NCBI GenBank assembly: GCA_903924765.1
Contig: CAIYCT010000378.1
Coordinates: 2,348-66,347 of the forward strand
Origin: an uncultured Rhodospirillaceae bacterium
GTDB lineage: Bacteria > Pseudomonadota > Alphaproteobacteria > Rhodospirillales > Magnetospirillaceae
Direction: 5' to 3'
DNA: 64,000 bases
The position numbers were made by a program, and so were the translations under genes. Shown one piece after another: positions 1 through 10,219 of this stretch. Positions within the stretch are counted from its first letter, which is position 1. The number at the start of each line of letters is the position of its first letter. The notes under the pieces were generated by a model. It saw only the letters and a list, made by a program, of their open reading frames with translations, had not been told where the DNA came from and did not search any database.

Positions 1-309
1 GTGACAGCATTTCCCAATGCTGCCTACGTAATCTTGCGCCAGGCCAATAAAGACATCGGTCGGGTCTATGTGGACAAAGGCCGCGAACACCTCCATTTGA
101 TCGACATTACCCTGCATCCCGATTACCGTCGCCAAGGCATCGGCAGCCAGATCATGACGGTTTTGACCGCCGAAGCCGACCGGCTGAAACTGCCGTTCAA
201 TCTGTCGGTGGATCAAAACAACCCGGCCCAAGGCCTGTACCGGCGGTTTGGCTTCGAACAAATCGAAGCGACCCCGCCTTACCTGCGCCTGCAACGCTCG
301 CCCCTATGA
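1..309 (+). CDS. GNAT-family N-acetyltransferase, 3' part (5' end lies outside the window)
   Basis: ORF open from the window edge. RRQGIGSQIM (acetyl-CoA-binding style) and C-terminal GLYRRFGF are typical of the GNAT fold. Confidence 0.7.
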   Translation: MTAFPNAAYVILRQANKDIGRVYVDKGREHLHLIDITLHPDYRRQGIGSQIMTVLTAEADRLKLPFNLSVDQNNPAQGLYRRFGFEQIEATPPYLRLQRSPL

Positions 310-568
310 ATGGGTGGGCGAAAAGCCGGCCGAATCTGATCCCGCAAAACCGCTGCTCCCCGTGTGGTCAGCGATACTGGCGAAGGTAAGGACGGGCGAG
401 GCCCAAACGGGACGCTCCTCCACCCGCGCAAGCGTACTGGAGGACTGGTCTGTTCTGTGGTCTTGCGGGTCAGTCATTTCAATCACTCCACTTTTAGGCC
501 GCGCAGCCTTACCTCTAACAATTGCCATTTACCATAAACCGTCGTGTAGCGCATCAACTTAACCATCA

Positions 569-1024
569 TCAGCTTCGGGCTTTTTCTTCCCAGCCGCCGC
601 GCTCGTTTTGTTGGTAATAAACCAGTTCATGGCCCTGTTCTTTCCAATTTTTCCAGCGCTGCCGCGCCGCTTCCACCGCTTGTCCGTCATTGCCGTCGAA
701 CAGATCCAAACAGCGCTCCCACTGGTCCAACGCGCGCGGCGCGGCACCGTCGCACGCCACCAAAAGCGCGGCTTGGTTGGGATTTTCCTCGATGGCTGTC
801 AGCCAGATGGGCTGATGCTCGGCGTTGCCGTCCTTGGCCGACCCATGGGGCAGCCACGTATCGTCGCCATAGGTCCACAGATGGTCATTCAGGAACTCGA
901 CCCGTTCGCTCGATCCGGCCAGCACCACCACCTTGGCGCCGCTGGCTACCGCTTTTTCCAGCAGCTTGGGCAGGACCTGCTCCAGCGTTTGACGGACCAG
1001 ATGATAAAAGCCGATCTGCGCCAT
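569..1024 (-). CDS. holC: DNA polymerase III chi subunit
   Basis: 151 aa. N-terminal IGFYHL..., then VVVLAGSSERVEFLNDHLWTY and PIWLT motifs typical of chi. Lies immediately downstream of pepA, the classical pepA-holC pair. Confidence 0.85.
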   Translation of the reverse strand: MAQIGFYHLVRQTLEQVLPKLLEKAVASGAKVVVLAGSSERVEFLNDHLWTYGDDTWLPHGSAKDGNAEHQPIWLTAIEENPNQAALLVACDGAAPRALDQWERCLDLFDGNDGQAVEAARQRWKNWKEQGHELVYYQQNERGGWEEKARS

Positions 1025-1031
1025 GGCCGCA

Positions 1032-2525
1032 TCAGCCCTCGTAATAATCAGCGATCAGCCGGTCCAACAGCCGCACCCCGAACGCCGAGGCCCCCTTGGG
1101 AGTGACAGGGCCGTCCTTTTTGAACCAAGCCAAACCGGCGATATCCAGATGGGCCCACGGCGTGTCCTTGACGAAGCGCTTGATGAAGTGGGCCGCCGAG
1201 ATCGACCCGCCGTCGCGACCGCCGGTATTCTTCATGTCGGCGATATCGGATTTGATCAGTTGGTCATAAGCGTCGCCCATGGGCATGCGCCAAATGGGTT
1301 CGCCGGCCTTTTTGCCCGCCTCGGTCAATTTGTTCGACAGTTTGTCGTCGTTGGAAAACAGGCCGGCATATTCGGTGCCCAAGGCCACGATGATCGCCCC
1401 CGTAAGGGTGGCCAGATCCACCATAAGTTTGGGCTTGAATTCCTGCTGGGTGTACCAGATTGCGTCAGCCAGAACCAACCGGCCCTCGGCATCGGTGTTG
1501 ATCACCTCGATGGTTTGACCGCTCATGGAGGTGACCACGTCGCCCGGCCGCTGCGCTCCGCCCGACGGCATGTTTTCCACCAGTCCGACCACGCCGACTA
1601 CATTGGCCTTGGCCTTGCGTCCGGCCAAAGCCGCCAAGGCCCCCACCACTGCCGCCGATCCAGCCATGTCCCACTTCATGTCTTCCATGCCCGCACCGGG
1701 CTTTAACGAGATGCCGCCGGAATCGAACGTCACGCCTTTGCCGACAAACGCCACCGGAGCCTCGTCGGCCTTGTCGCCGCCGTTCCACCGCATGATCACC
1801 AGTTGGCTTTCGCGGTCCGAGCCCTGGCCCACGCCCAGCAACGAGCCCATGCCCAGTTTCTTCATCTGCTTCTCGCCCAAGATCTCGACCTTCAAGCCCA
1901 GGGCTTCCAGCTTCTTGATCTCGGCGGCATAGGATTCGGGGTGGATCACATTGGCCGGTTCGGACACCAAGTCCCGTGCCAGGAACACTGCGTCGGCCAC
2001 CTTGTCCATGGGCGCGAACGTCGCCTTAGCGCCCGTATGATTGCCAGTGGCGATCACCACTTTGCGCAAAGACGGCTTGTCTTCTTTCTTTTGCTTGGTT
2101 TGGTATTTGTCGAAGCGATAGCTGCGCAGCCGCGCGCCCATGGCGACGTGCGCGGCGAATTGACCGTCGGTCAGCGTCACGCCCGTCACCGGCTCGACCA
2201 ACAGCCACAGTTGCTCCTCGCCCGAGGTTTGCACCAGGGAGATGGCTTTGCCGCCAAAGGCTTCCGCCGCCAGATCGTCAACGTCCTTGGGCTTGCCCAG
2301 GCCGATCAAAACAACCCGGTCCACCGCCAATCCGGCGGGGGCCAGGATGACAATGCTTTGATCCTTTTTACCTTCGAATTTGCCCGCCGCCGCCGCCCGC
2401 GACAACGCGCCCGCCACATGCTCGTCCAACGCCTTTGCCAACGGCCCCCAAATCTTGCCCTCGTAAACGGGTACGACGATGGCCCCTTGGGCCGGGAACT
2501 CTGGCTTGGCGAAGGTAATCTTCAT
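1032..2525 (-). CDS. pepA: leucyl aminopeptidase (M17 family)
   Basis: 497 aa. Carries the M17 signature NTDAEGRLVLADA and VGKGVTFDSGGISLKP. Confidence 0.95.
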   Translation of the reverse strand: MKITFAKPEFPAQGAIVVPVYEGKIWGPLAKALDEHVAGALSRAAAAGKFEGKKDQSIVILAPAGLAVDRVVLIGLGKPKDVDDLAAEAFGGKAISLVQTSGEEQLWLLVEPVTGVTLTDGQFAAHVAMGARLRSYRFDKYQTKQKKEDKPSLRKVVIATGNHTGAKATFAPMDKVADAVFLARDLVSEPANVIHPESYAAEIKKLEALGLKVEILGEKQMKKLGMGSLLGVGQGSDRESQLVIMRWNGGDKADEAPVAFVGKGVTFDSGGISLKPGAGMEDMKWDMAGSAAVVGALAALAGRKAKANVVGVVGLVENMPSGGAQRPGDVVTSMSGQTIEVINTDAEGRLVLADAIWYTQQEFKPKLMVDLATLTGAIIVALGTEYAGLFSNDDKLSNKLTEAGKKAGEPIWRMPMGDAYDQLIKSDIADMKNTGGRDGGSISAAHFIKRFVKDTPWAHLDIAGLAWFKKDGPVTPKGASAFGVRLLDRLIADYYEG

Positions 2526-2534
2526 GGTTTTTCC

Positions 2535-3527
2535 TTAGGGTAATTCTGGAGACGGAGTAACAGGCGCATTGTCGCTTAATTCTTCCGGTTTTGGAAGATG
2601 CCTGCCACCCACCGACAAGAAGGCGGCGCCTCCGGGAAGGGCCACGGCCATATTCAAGACGCCGAACACGATGGACAGGACCAACGACGAGCTTTGGGCG
2701 ATGCCGATAAAACCGAATGAGCTGACCATGGCGGCTTCGCGCACGCCCCATCCGGCCACCGAAATAGGCAGGGTGGTCAACAGAAACACCGGCGGCACCA
2801 GCACCAGACAATCGACCACGCTGACCGGAATGTCCAACCCTCGCGCCAAGGCCCACACCACCAGCGACAGATTGATATTGCCGATCAAGGCGGTGAAAAA
2901 CGACGACGCGGCGGTTTTGAGATGGAACGCGACCTTACGGGTGTCCGCCGCCAGATAACTGAGCGCGCGCACTGCGCGCCAATGACGCAAGGAATCGGGC
3001 AGCCGATCCAAGATGGACAGCACGAACACCCCAATCACGCCCGCAACCGACAGCAGCGGGAACACCCAAGCGCCAGGCAAATCGGGAACCCGCTCCAACA
3101 AAATCGGTTCGGAACACGTCACCAGCACCGCCAATGACAGCACCGTCGCCGCCCGCTCAAGCATCACCGAATTGACCGCGATGGACAGAGGCACGCCCGC
3201 CCGAACGGTACACCAAACCCGCACCGCGTCGCCCCCCACCAATCCCGGCAGCACGGTGGCGAAGAACGCGCCGATATAATAAAGCGCCATAATGCGAAAA
3301 GCGGTTAATTGCGCCGACAGCGCCCGCAGCACCACCCCCCAGCGCAAGGCGCCCAGCGCTAATTGCACCAGCATGAACCCGACGCCCAGCGCTAGCATGG
3401 ACGGTTTCATGGATTGGAACCGGCTCCAGGCCTCGCCCAAATCGACTTTAGACAACAGCCACCACGTCAATCCGACGGAAAGGCCGCCTTTCAGCAGCCA
3501 GGGGCCCCATTTCCTGATCATCGACAC
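2535..3527 (-). CDS. flippase-like / lysylphosphatidylglycerol-synthase TM-region family membrane protein (UPF0104-like)
   Basis: 330 aa, polytopic. N-terminal WLLKGGLSVGLTWWLLSKVDL and RWGVVLRAL resemble the UPF0104 family. Confidence 0.6.
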   Translation of the reverse strand: MSMIRKWGPWLLKGGLSVGLTWWLLSKVDLGEAWSRFQSMKPSMLALGVGFMLVQLALGALRWGVVLRALSAQLTAFRIMALYYIGAFFATVLPGLVGGDAVRVWCTVRAGVPLSIAVNSVMLERAATVLSLAVLVTCSEPILLERVPDLPGAWVFPLLSVAGVIGVFVLSILDRLPDSLRHWRAVRALSYLAADTRKVAFHLKTAASSFFTALIGNINLSLVVWALARGLDIPVSVVDCLVLVPPVFLLTTLPISVAGWGVREAAMVSSFGFIGIAQSSSLVLSIVFGVLNMAVALPGGAAFLSVGGRHLPKPEELSDNAPVTPSPELP

Positions 3528-3573
3528 ATCCTAAATTTGACCGGGCCGAAGCATTAGCATAAACAAAGTCCCC

Positions 3574-4344
3574 ATGACATATTCTTCTCTGCTCCCTCAG
3601 TTGGAATCCATCGCCCGGCGCGCCGGGGCGGTGATCATGGAGGTGTACGGCCAAGACTTCGCCGTCACCAACAAGGCCGACAATTCACCGGTGACCGAGG
3701 CCGATCAAAAGGCCGAAGCGATCATCTTGCCCGAATTGGCGAGGCTTACCCCCGCCATTCCTATCATCGCCGAGGAAGAAGTGGCCGCAGGCCGCATTCC
3801 CGAAATTCCCGACCGAACCTTCTGGCTGGTGGACCCGCTGGACGGCACCAAGGAATTCATCAAGCGCAACGGCGAGTTCACCGTCAATATCGGCTTGATC
3901 GAAAACGGTCAGCCCAGCCTGGGCGTGGTGTTCGCCCCTGCCCTTGGTCTGTTGTGGTCTGGCGCTGGCGCCGGCACCGCCACCGTAGTCGATGAAACCG
4001 GACAGCGCCGTCCCATCGCCTGTCGCGCTCCTCCCAAGGAAGGCGCGGTCGTGGTGACCAGCCGCTCCCACAACAACCCGGAAACCTTGACCCGTTGGCT
4101 TTCGGCTTTGCAAGCGCCATCTCTTGCCTATGCGGGTTCGTCGTTGAAATTCTGCAAGGTGGCGGAAGGCTTGGCCGATTACTATCCACGGTTCGGCCCC
4201 ACCTGCGAATGGGACATCGCCGCCGCTCACGCGGTGCTTCTTGCTGCGGGCGGCGTCGTGGAATCCTTTCAAGGCCAGCCCATGGCCTACGGCAAACCCA
4301 AATTCCTGAATGCGGATTTTTTGGCAAAACGATATGCCTCATGA
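3574..4344 (+). CDS. cysQ: 3'(2'),5'-bisphosphate nucleotidase
   Basis: 256 aa. Inositol-monophosphatase-fold motifs SPVTEADQ, WLVDPLDGTKEF and YAGSSLKFCKVAEG. Confidence 0.85.
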   Translation: MTYSSLLPQLESIARRAGAVIMEVYGQDFAVTNKADNSPVTEADQKAEAIILPELARLTPAIPIIAEEEVAAGRIPEIPDRTFWLVDPLDGTKEFIKRNGEFTVNIGLIENGQPSLGVVFAPALGLLWSGAGAGTATVVDETGQRRPIACRAPPKEGAVVVTSRSHNNPETLTRWLSALQAPSLAYAGSSLKFCKVAEGLADYYPRFGPTCEWDIAAAHAVLLAAGGVVESFQGQPMAYGKPKFLNADFLAKRYAS

Positions 4345-5287
4345 AAGCATAATTGAACCGGTGGACGACACCTCCCTCGACCTTGGAGCGCAGCTTTTGG
4401 CCCAAGGCAAGGTGGTGGCGTTCCCCACGGAAACCGTTTACGGACTTGGTGCGGACGCCACCTCGGACCAAGCCGTCGCCGCCATCTACCGCGTCAAAAA
4501 TCGCCCCACCTTCAATCCGCTGATCATCCATGTGGCCCAACCAGCCCAAGCACGAAAACTGGTGGAAATCGATCCGCTGGCGCAAACCTTGATCGATCTA
4601 TTCTGGCCCGGTCCGCTGACCTTGGTGTTGCCGCGCCGAGCTGACTCGCCGTTGTCGCTGCTGGCTTCGGCTGGTTTGGACACCATCGCTATCCGCATGC
4701 CCGATCACCCGGTCGCCTTGGCATTGATCGCGCGGGCGGATCGCCCCATCGCCGCCCCTTCCGCCAACCGGTCCGGTTCCATCAGCCCCACAACCGCCCT
4801 GCATGTGGAGCAATCCTTAGGGAATGACGTGGACTTGATTCTGGATGGCGGTCCCTGCCGAGTGGGAGTGGAATCCACCATTCTCGACCTGTCTGGGCAA
4901 ACGCCCACCCTGTTGCGCCCCGGAGGCATCAGCGTCGAACAGATCGAGCTAGCCTTGGGTCGGCCCATCGCCCTGGGCGGCAATGACGGAGCTGTCAAAG
5001 CGCCGGGCATGCTGGCCAGCCATTACGCGCCCACACGCCTCTTGCGCCTGAACCAATCCAGCGCCCAACCCGGCGAGGCATTGCTGGCGTTCGGCCCCGG
5101 CTTCCCCGACGCCACCCTCAACCTGTCAGCAAGCGGCGATTTGACCGAGGCGGCGGCGCATTTGTTCGCCATGATGCGGGAGTTAGACAGCCCCCCCTAC
5201 ACGGTCATCAACGTCACGCCAATCCCCGAGCACCGATTGGGGCGCGCCATCAATGACCGGCTGCGCCGGGCGGCGGCACCCAAATGA
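4334..5287 (+). CDS. tsaC: L-threonylcarbamoyladenylate synthase (Sua5/YwlC/TsaC family, long form)
   Basis: FPTETVYGLGADA and IAAPSANRSG motifs plus a Sua5-type C-terminal extension. I chose ATG 4334, which overlaps the cysQ stop by 11 nt; the ORF track starts at 4310. Confidence 0.85.
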   Translation: MPHESIIEPVDDTSLDLGAQLLAQGKVVAFPTETVYGLGADATSDQAVAAIYRVKNRPTFNPLIIHVAQPAQARKLVEIDPLAQTLIDLFWPGPLTLVLPRRADSPLSLLASAGLDTIAIRMPDHPVALALIARADRPIAAPSANRSGSISPTTALHVEQSLGNDVDLILDGGPCRVGVESTILDLSGQTPTLLRPGGISVEQIELALGRPIALGGNDGAVKAPGMLASHYAPTRLLRLNQSSAQPGEALLAFGPGFPDATLNLSASGDLTEAAAHLFAMMRELDSPPYTVINVTPIPEHRLGRAINDRLRRAAAPK

Positions 5288-6675
5288 TCGACACCCTAAA
5301 GTCCATCGTTGGCTCCGCTCATTGCCTGACCGCGCCCCATGACATCGCCCCTTATTTGATCGAGGAACGGGGAAAGTATCACGGCAGCGCTTTGTGCGTG
5401 GTCAAGCCCGCCTCGACCGAACAACTGTCTCAGGTGGTGCGCACCTGTTGGGAAAACGGCGCGATCATGGTGCCTCAAGGCGGCAATACCGGCTTGTGCG
5501 GCGGCGGCGTGCCCCACAACAACGCCGTGGTCATTTCCACCGCCCGCCTCAATCGCATTCGCGCTTTTGATCCGCTCAACCGATCCATGACCGTCGAGGC
5601 GGGATGCATTCTCGCCACGCTTCAACAAGCGGCCGATGAGGCGGATTTGCTGTTCCCGCTCAGCCTGGGGGCACAAGGGTCGTGCCAGATCGGCGGCAAT
5701 CTGTCCACCAATGCGGGCGGGTTGAACGTTCTGCGTTATGGGACCGCTCGCGATCTGACCTTGGGGCTGGAACTGGTGCTGCCCGACGGGCAAATCTGGA
5801 ACGGCCTTTCTGGTCTGCGCAAAGATAATACCGGCTACGATCTGAAGCATTTGTTCATCGGGGCCGAGGGCACGTTGGGCATCATCACCGCCGCCACGCT
5901 CAAACTGTTTCCCAAACCACGCTCGGTGGAAACCGCCTTCATCGCCCTGCCCGGAGTGGATCAGGCGCTGTCCCTCTTGGCCTTGGCGCAAAAGACCAGC
6001 GGCGACCAGGTCTCGGGATGCGAACTGATCCCACGCATCGCCTTGGATTACTGGCTGGAGTATGGGATCGGCGCGATCGACCCCATCCAAAATTCCTCAC
6101 CCTGGTATCTGCTGCTGGAGCTGGAATCGCCCCAGGCGAGCGGCATGACCGCGATCATGGAGCAAATCCTGGCTGATGCCTTAGAACTGGGCTGGGCCAC
6201 GGACGCGGTTCTCGCCGCCTCGGACGCGCAACGTCAAACCCTGTGGCGTCTGCGCGAGGACATCCCTGCCTTGCAGAAACGGGCCGGGGCCAGCATCAAG
6301 AATGACATCGCGGTCCCGGTCTCCGCCGTCCCCGACTTGATCCGCCGAGGCACAGCCGCCATGCAAACCCTGCTGCCCGGCGTGCGGGTGGTGGCGTTCG
6401 GCCATGTGGGCGACGGCAACATCCATTTCAATTTGTCGCAGCCAGTAGGGACCGACGGCTCGGAATTCTTGGCCCGCTGGGACGAGGCTTGCGGTTTGAT
6501 CAACGATCTGGTGGTCGAATTGGGCGGCAGTTTCTCGGCCGAACATGGGATCGGCCAACTGAAAGTGGACGAGATGATCCGCCTGAAACCCGCCCTGGAC
6601 ATCGACCTGATGCGCCGCATCAAAGCCGCCCTAGACCCAAAATCGCTGATGAACCCAGGAAAGGTTGTGCGGTAA
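5284..6675 (+). CDS. FAD-linked oxidase (GlcD / D-2-hydroxyacid dehydrogenase-like)
   Basis: 463 aa. FAD-binding PCMH-type N-terminus (VPQGGNTGLCGG) and C-terminal SAEHGIG motif. ATGA start/stop overlap with the upstream gene. Confidence 0.8.
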   Translation: MIDTLKSIVGSAHCLTAPHDIAPYLIEERGKYHGSALCVVKPASTEQLSQVVRTCWENGAIMVPQGGNTGLCGGGVPHNNAVVISTARLNRIRAFDPLNRSMTVEAGCILATLQQAADEADLLFPLSLGAQGSCQIGGNLSTNAGGLNVLRYGTARDLTLGLELVLPDGQIWNGLSGLRKDNTGYDLKHLFIGAEGTLGIITAATLKLFPKPRSVETAFIALPGVDQALSLLALAQKTSGDQVSGCELIPRIALDYWLEYGIGAIDPIQNSSPWYLLLELESPQASGMTAIMEQILADALELGWATDAVLAASDAQRQTLWRLREDIPALQKRAGASIKNDIAVPVSAVPDLIRRGTAAMQTLLPGVRVVAFGHVGDGNIHFNLSQPVGTDGSEFLARWDEACGLINDLVVELGGSFSAEHGIGQLKVDEMIRLKPALDIDLMRRIKAALDPKSLMNPGKVVR

Positions 6676-6700
6676 TCGGCTGGTCTGTATGATCTGGCCG

Positions 6701-7819
6701 ATGTTGGGGATATCGCGCTACATATTTCGTCAATTGATGACCGGTTTGGCCTTGGTTTCCATGGCCTTGCTGTGCGTCATGTGGCTGACCCAGTCCTTGC
6801 GGTTCATTGAATTGATCGTCAATAAGGGGCTGTCGATCGTCCGTTTCCTGCAATTGACCTCTTTGTTGATGCCCAGCTTTCTGGTGGTGATCATTCCCAT
6901 CTCGCTGTTCACCGTGACGTTGTTCACCTACAACAAGCTCAACAATGACCGTGAATTGGTGGTGATGCGCGCGGCGGGACTGTCGCACTGGAGCTTATCT
7001 CACCCCGCTTTGATTTTGTCCGCAGCCGCCACCGTTTTCAGCGTATTCCTGACTTTATGGTTCATCCCCTGGACCATGAGGTCCTTCCACGACCTGCAAT
7101 GGTCGATCCGCAACGACATTTCCAACGTTCTGCTGCAAGAAGGCGCCTTCAACAAATTCGGCGAAGGCGTGACCATTTATGTAGGCTCGCGCTCACCGGC
7201 GGGGGAATTGATCGGGCTGTTGGTTCACGACCGCCGAAAACCCGAACATCCCGTTACCTTGATGGCGGAACGCGGCGCCTTGGTGCAAACGGAAAACGGA
7301 CCGCGCGTGCTGATGATCAACGGCAACCGCCAGCAGGTCAGCGTCGAGGACGGCAAGCTTTCTGTGCTGTACTTCGATGAATACACGCTTGATTTCGTTT
7401 CGTCTGCCAGCGAGGAAGGCGGACGCCATCGTGATGCGCGCGAGATGACCATGGCGGAATTATACCACGTCCATAAAGACAGCACGGCCCTATCCGAGTA
7501 TCGCAAGGCAAAGGTGGAAATCCATCAACGCTTCAGCTCGCCGCTGACCAATTTTAGTCTGCCGTTGCTTGCCTTGGCCTGTTTGTTGCCGTCCGGCTTC
7601 AACCGCCGAGGGCAATTGAAGGACTTAGGGGTCGCCACCGCCTTGATGGTGATTTGCGAGTCCGCGTCGTTGGCAGCCTCGAACCTTGCCACGGCCAATT
7701 TATTTTTCGTGCCGCTGATGTATCTTGCGGCCCTGGTCCCAATTCTGGGCTGTGTGTTCGTGCTGCGAGAGTATGGAGCCGCTTGGAGACGTCATTCTTT
7801 TCTGGGTTCTGCGGTCTAA
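6701..7819 (+). CDS. LPS export ABC permease, LptF/LptG family
   Basis: N-terminal MLGISRYIFRQL matches the LptF/LptG start pattern; polytopic. Stop overlaps the lptD start (TAATG). The start could also be ATG 6689. Confidence 0.8.
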   Translation: MLGISRYIFRQLMTGLALVSMALLCVMWLTQSLRFIELIVNKGLSIVRFLQLTSLLMPSFLVVIIPISLFTVTLFTYNKLNNDRELVVMRAAGLSHWSLSHPALILSAAATVFSVFLTLWFIPWTMRSFHDLQWSIRNDISNVLLQEGAFNKFGEGVTIYVGSRSPAGELIGLLVHDRRKPEHPVTLMAERGALVQTENGPRVLMINGNRQQVSVEDGKLSVLYFDEYTLDFVSSASEEGGRHRDAREMTMAELYHVHKDSTALSEYRKAKVEIHQRFSSPLTNFSLPLLALACLLPSGFNRRGQLKDLGVATALMVICESASLAASNLATANLFFVPLMYLAALVPILGCVFVLREYGAAWRRHSFLGSAV

Positions 7820-10215
7820 TGCGCCTGTCCATCGCCTTTCTTCTATCGTCGAGCACCCTTGTCGCCCCCCTTGCGCAGGCCAAGGCCGATGATGTTGCTT
7901 GGCCGCAAGTGGGCGGATGGGGCCAAGCTTGGTCCAACTCTGTGGGGACCGCCGCAACCACGCCACAGTCATCGTCTCTTCCCCCAGTAACGCCCCGCCC
8001 CCTGGCTCTGCCAGAAAGCTCTGGGACAACACCCCGCAGAGTCTCCGCCCCCGCGCCCAAACGCGGCGGAGCCGCTCCGTCAAGTAATCGTTCCGCCGAT
8101 GATGACAGCGACCGCCCGATCAAGATGACCGCCGACGAAGTCAGCCACGACCAGGAACTGGACATCGTCACCGCCCGGGGCGCGGTCGAAGCCTTTCAAG
8201 GCCGCCGCCATCTGCAAGCCGACACAGTGACTTACAACGTCAGACAAGGCATCGTCGCCGCCGTCGGCAATGTCATCTTGGTGGAACCGACCGGCGAAGT
8301 AACAAAGGCCGACTATTTGGAATTGACCAATGATTTCGGCGCGGGCATCGCCAAGGAAATCCGCTATCTGGCTATCGACAAATCCCGCGTGGTCGCCACG
8401 TCGGCGACCCGATCCGGCGGCAATCGCACAGATTTCGACCATGCGACCTACACGCCGTGCGAACCGTGCAAGGACCACCCAGAAAAAACCCCGCTGTGGC
8501 AAGCAACCGCCCGGCAGGTGACTCATAATCAAGAAGAAAAAACCGTCGAATACCGGGATGTCTGGCTGGATGTCGACGGGGTTCCCGTCCTGTACTCACC
8601 CTATTTCTCGTCCCCAGACCCTTCTGTCAAGCGGATGAGCGGTTTCCTCACGCCGACCTTCGGCAGCAATCGAACCTTGGGGAAGAACATAACAATTCCA
8701 TACTATTATGTTCTTAATCCGCAAGAAGACATTACGCTCTATCCCCGCTTCATGCTGTCCCGCTTTAGCAAGGCGCCCAACGTCGATACGGTGGACAGCG
8801 AGATCTTCTCCCGTCTCAATCTTGGGTTCGAAGACCGTTGGACCGGTTATTATGGAGCTGTGCGCAATACCGGCAGCTTTGGAGTAAACCCCGACGATGG
8901 CAAAATGCGCGGCATGTTTACCGGCAAGGGCATTTTCGACATCACCACCAATTGGCGGGCGGGGTACCAAATTTCGCGCATGAGCGACGACACCTACTCG
9001 CGCATTTATGGCTATGCGATTCCGTCGGACAAGCCGTTCCTGACCTCCCGAGTTTATAGCGAAGGCTTCTGGCAGAAAGATTACGCCGTCATCGAATCCT
9101 TCGGTTTTCAAGGCATCACGCCCACGACCGACGCGACGACTCAATCTCCCTGGGTCATGCCCCACGCCAGCCTCACACACCTAAGCACCCCCGGAAAATG
9201 GGACGATTATTGGACCATCTCCAGCGATACGCTGACTTATACCCGTCAAACCGGCATCAATGCGTCGCGCGTCTCTAACAAGGTGGGGTGGACTCTGCCT
9301 TACCGAGACGGCTTGGGCAGCGTGTGGAAGGTCGTAACATCGGCGCAAACCGACGCTTATCACTCGGACGGCAATTCCACCTACGGTTCCAGCTTCACCG
9401 GGCGCGCAATCCCGCTGATATCGGTCAATTGGTCTTATCCCTTCGTCAATACGTCGTCCAGCATCCCCCAAACCATCACCCCCATGGGCATGATCGCCGC
9501 AAGCCCCAATGCGGGCAACCCGCACCGATTGCCCAATGAGGATTCCATCGATTACGAATTGGACGACATCAACATCTTTCAGCCCAATCGAACCGCCGGT
9601 CTTGACCGGGTGGAAGAAGGCGTCCGCGGCGCCTATGGCGTGCGTTGGGTAGGAATGACCCGGCATGGCGACATTCAAGCCCAATTCGCCCAAGGATGGC
9701 GAGGCCATCAGGACCAAGCGTTCAATGACATAACCGGCTATAGCGGCAGCCTCTCCGATTACTTGGCGCAGCTTACAGTCGAACCCGCCAACAATCTTCG
9801 AATTTCCGACCGCATTCGATTGGATAAGGATACGTTGTCGGCCAAACGCAACGAAGCCTCAATCGACATCGGACCGACGGCGCTTAAAGGCAGCGTCAGC
9901 TATTATTACTTTGAAAAAACGTCTCCTAACGCGCCGACCACTTTTGGCACCAGGCAGCAAATCTATTATAATGTCAACAGCGAGATCAGCCGCTACTGGA
10001 GCTTAAGCGCCGGATATCAGATGGATTTGGAAACCCACGGAAGCCCCATCGGATGGCAAACGAAATTGACCTATAATGACGAATGTTTCGCTCTGATTGG
10101 CTCTGTGGTACGGAACTTTACCTATCAGAACGATTATCTCGGCGGACTCACTGTCTCGGCGAACGTCGTGTTCAAAAGCTTTGGTCAGATGCCCTTCACT
10201 CTTTTCTCGGATTAG
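7819..10215 (+). CDS. lptD: LPS-assembly outer-membrane protein LptD
   Basis: Signal peptide MRLSIAFLLSSSTLVAPLAQA at ATG 7819, an OstA-like N-domain and a large beta-barrel C-terminus. Lies upstream of surA-pdxA-rsmA. Confidence 0.9.
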   Translation: MRLSIAFLLSSSTLVAPLAQAKADDVAWPQVGGWGQAWSNSVGTAATTPQSSSLPPVTPRPLALPESSGTTPRRVSAPAPKRGGAAPSSNRSADDDSDRPIKMTADEVSHDQELDIVTARGAVEAFQGRRHLQADTVTYNVRQGIVAAVGNVILVEPTGEVTKADYLELTNDFGAGIAKEIRYLAIDKSRVVATSATRSGGNRTDFDHATYTPCEPCKDHPEKTPLWQATARQVTHNQEEKTVEYRDVWLDVDGVPVLYSPYFSSPDPSVKRMSGFLTPTFGSNRTLGKNITIPYYYVLNPQEDITLYPRFMLSRFSKAPNVDTVDSEIFSRLNLGFEDRWTGYYGAVRNTGSFGVNPDDGKMRGMFTGKGIFDITTNWRAGYQISRMSDDTYSRIYGYAIPSDKPFLTSRVYSEGFWQKDYAVIESFGFQGITPTTDATTQSPWVMPHASLTHLSTPGKWDDYWTISSDTLTYTRQTGINASRVSNKVGWTLPYRDGLGSVWKVVTSAQTDAYHSDGNSTYGSSFTGRAIPLISVNWSYPFVNTSSSIPQTITPMGMIAASPNAGNPHRLPNEDSIDYELDDINIFQPNRTAGLDRVEEGVRGAYGVRWVGMTRHGDIQAQFAQGWRGHQDQAFNDITGYSGSLSDYLAQLTVEPANNLRISDRIRLDKDTLSAKRNEASIDIGPTALKGSVSYYYFEKTSPNAPTTFGTRQQIYYNVNSEISRYWSLSAGYQMDLETHGSPIGWQTKLTYNDECFALIGSVVRNFTYQNDYLGGLTVSANVVFKSFGQMPFTLFSD

Positions 10216-10219
10216 TCCC

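Noticed and set aside
7654-7818. 55-codon N-terminal extension of the lptD ORF overlapping the lptF/G 3' end
   Set aside because: The extension lacks a signal peptide and looks non-native. ATG 7819 opens directly with a canonical signal peptide and forms a TAATG stop/start junction.
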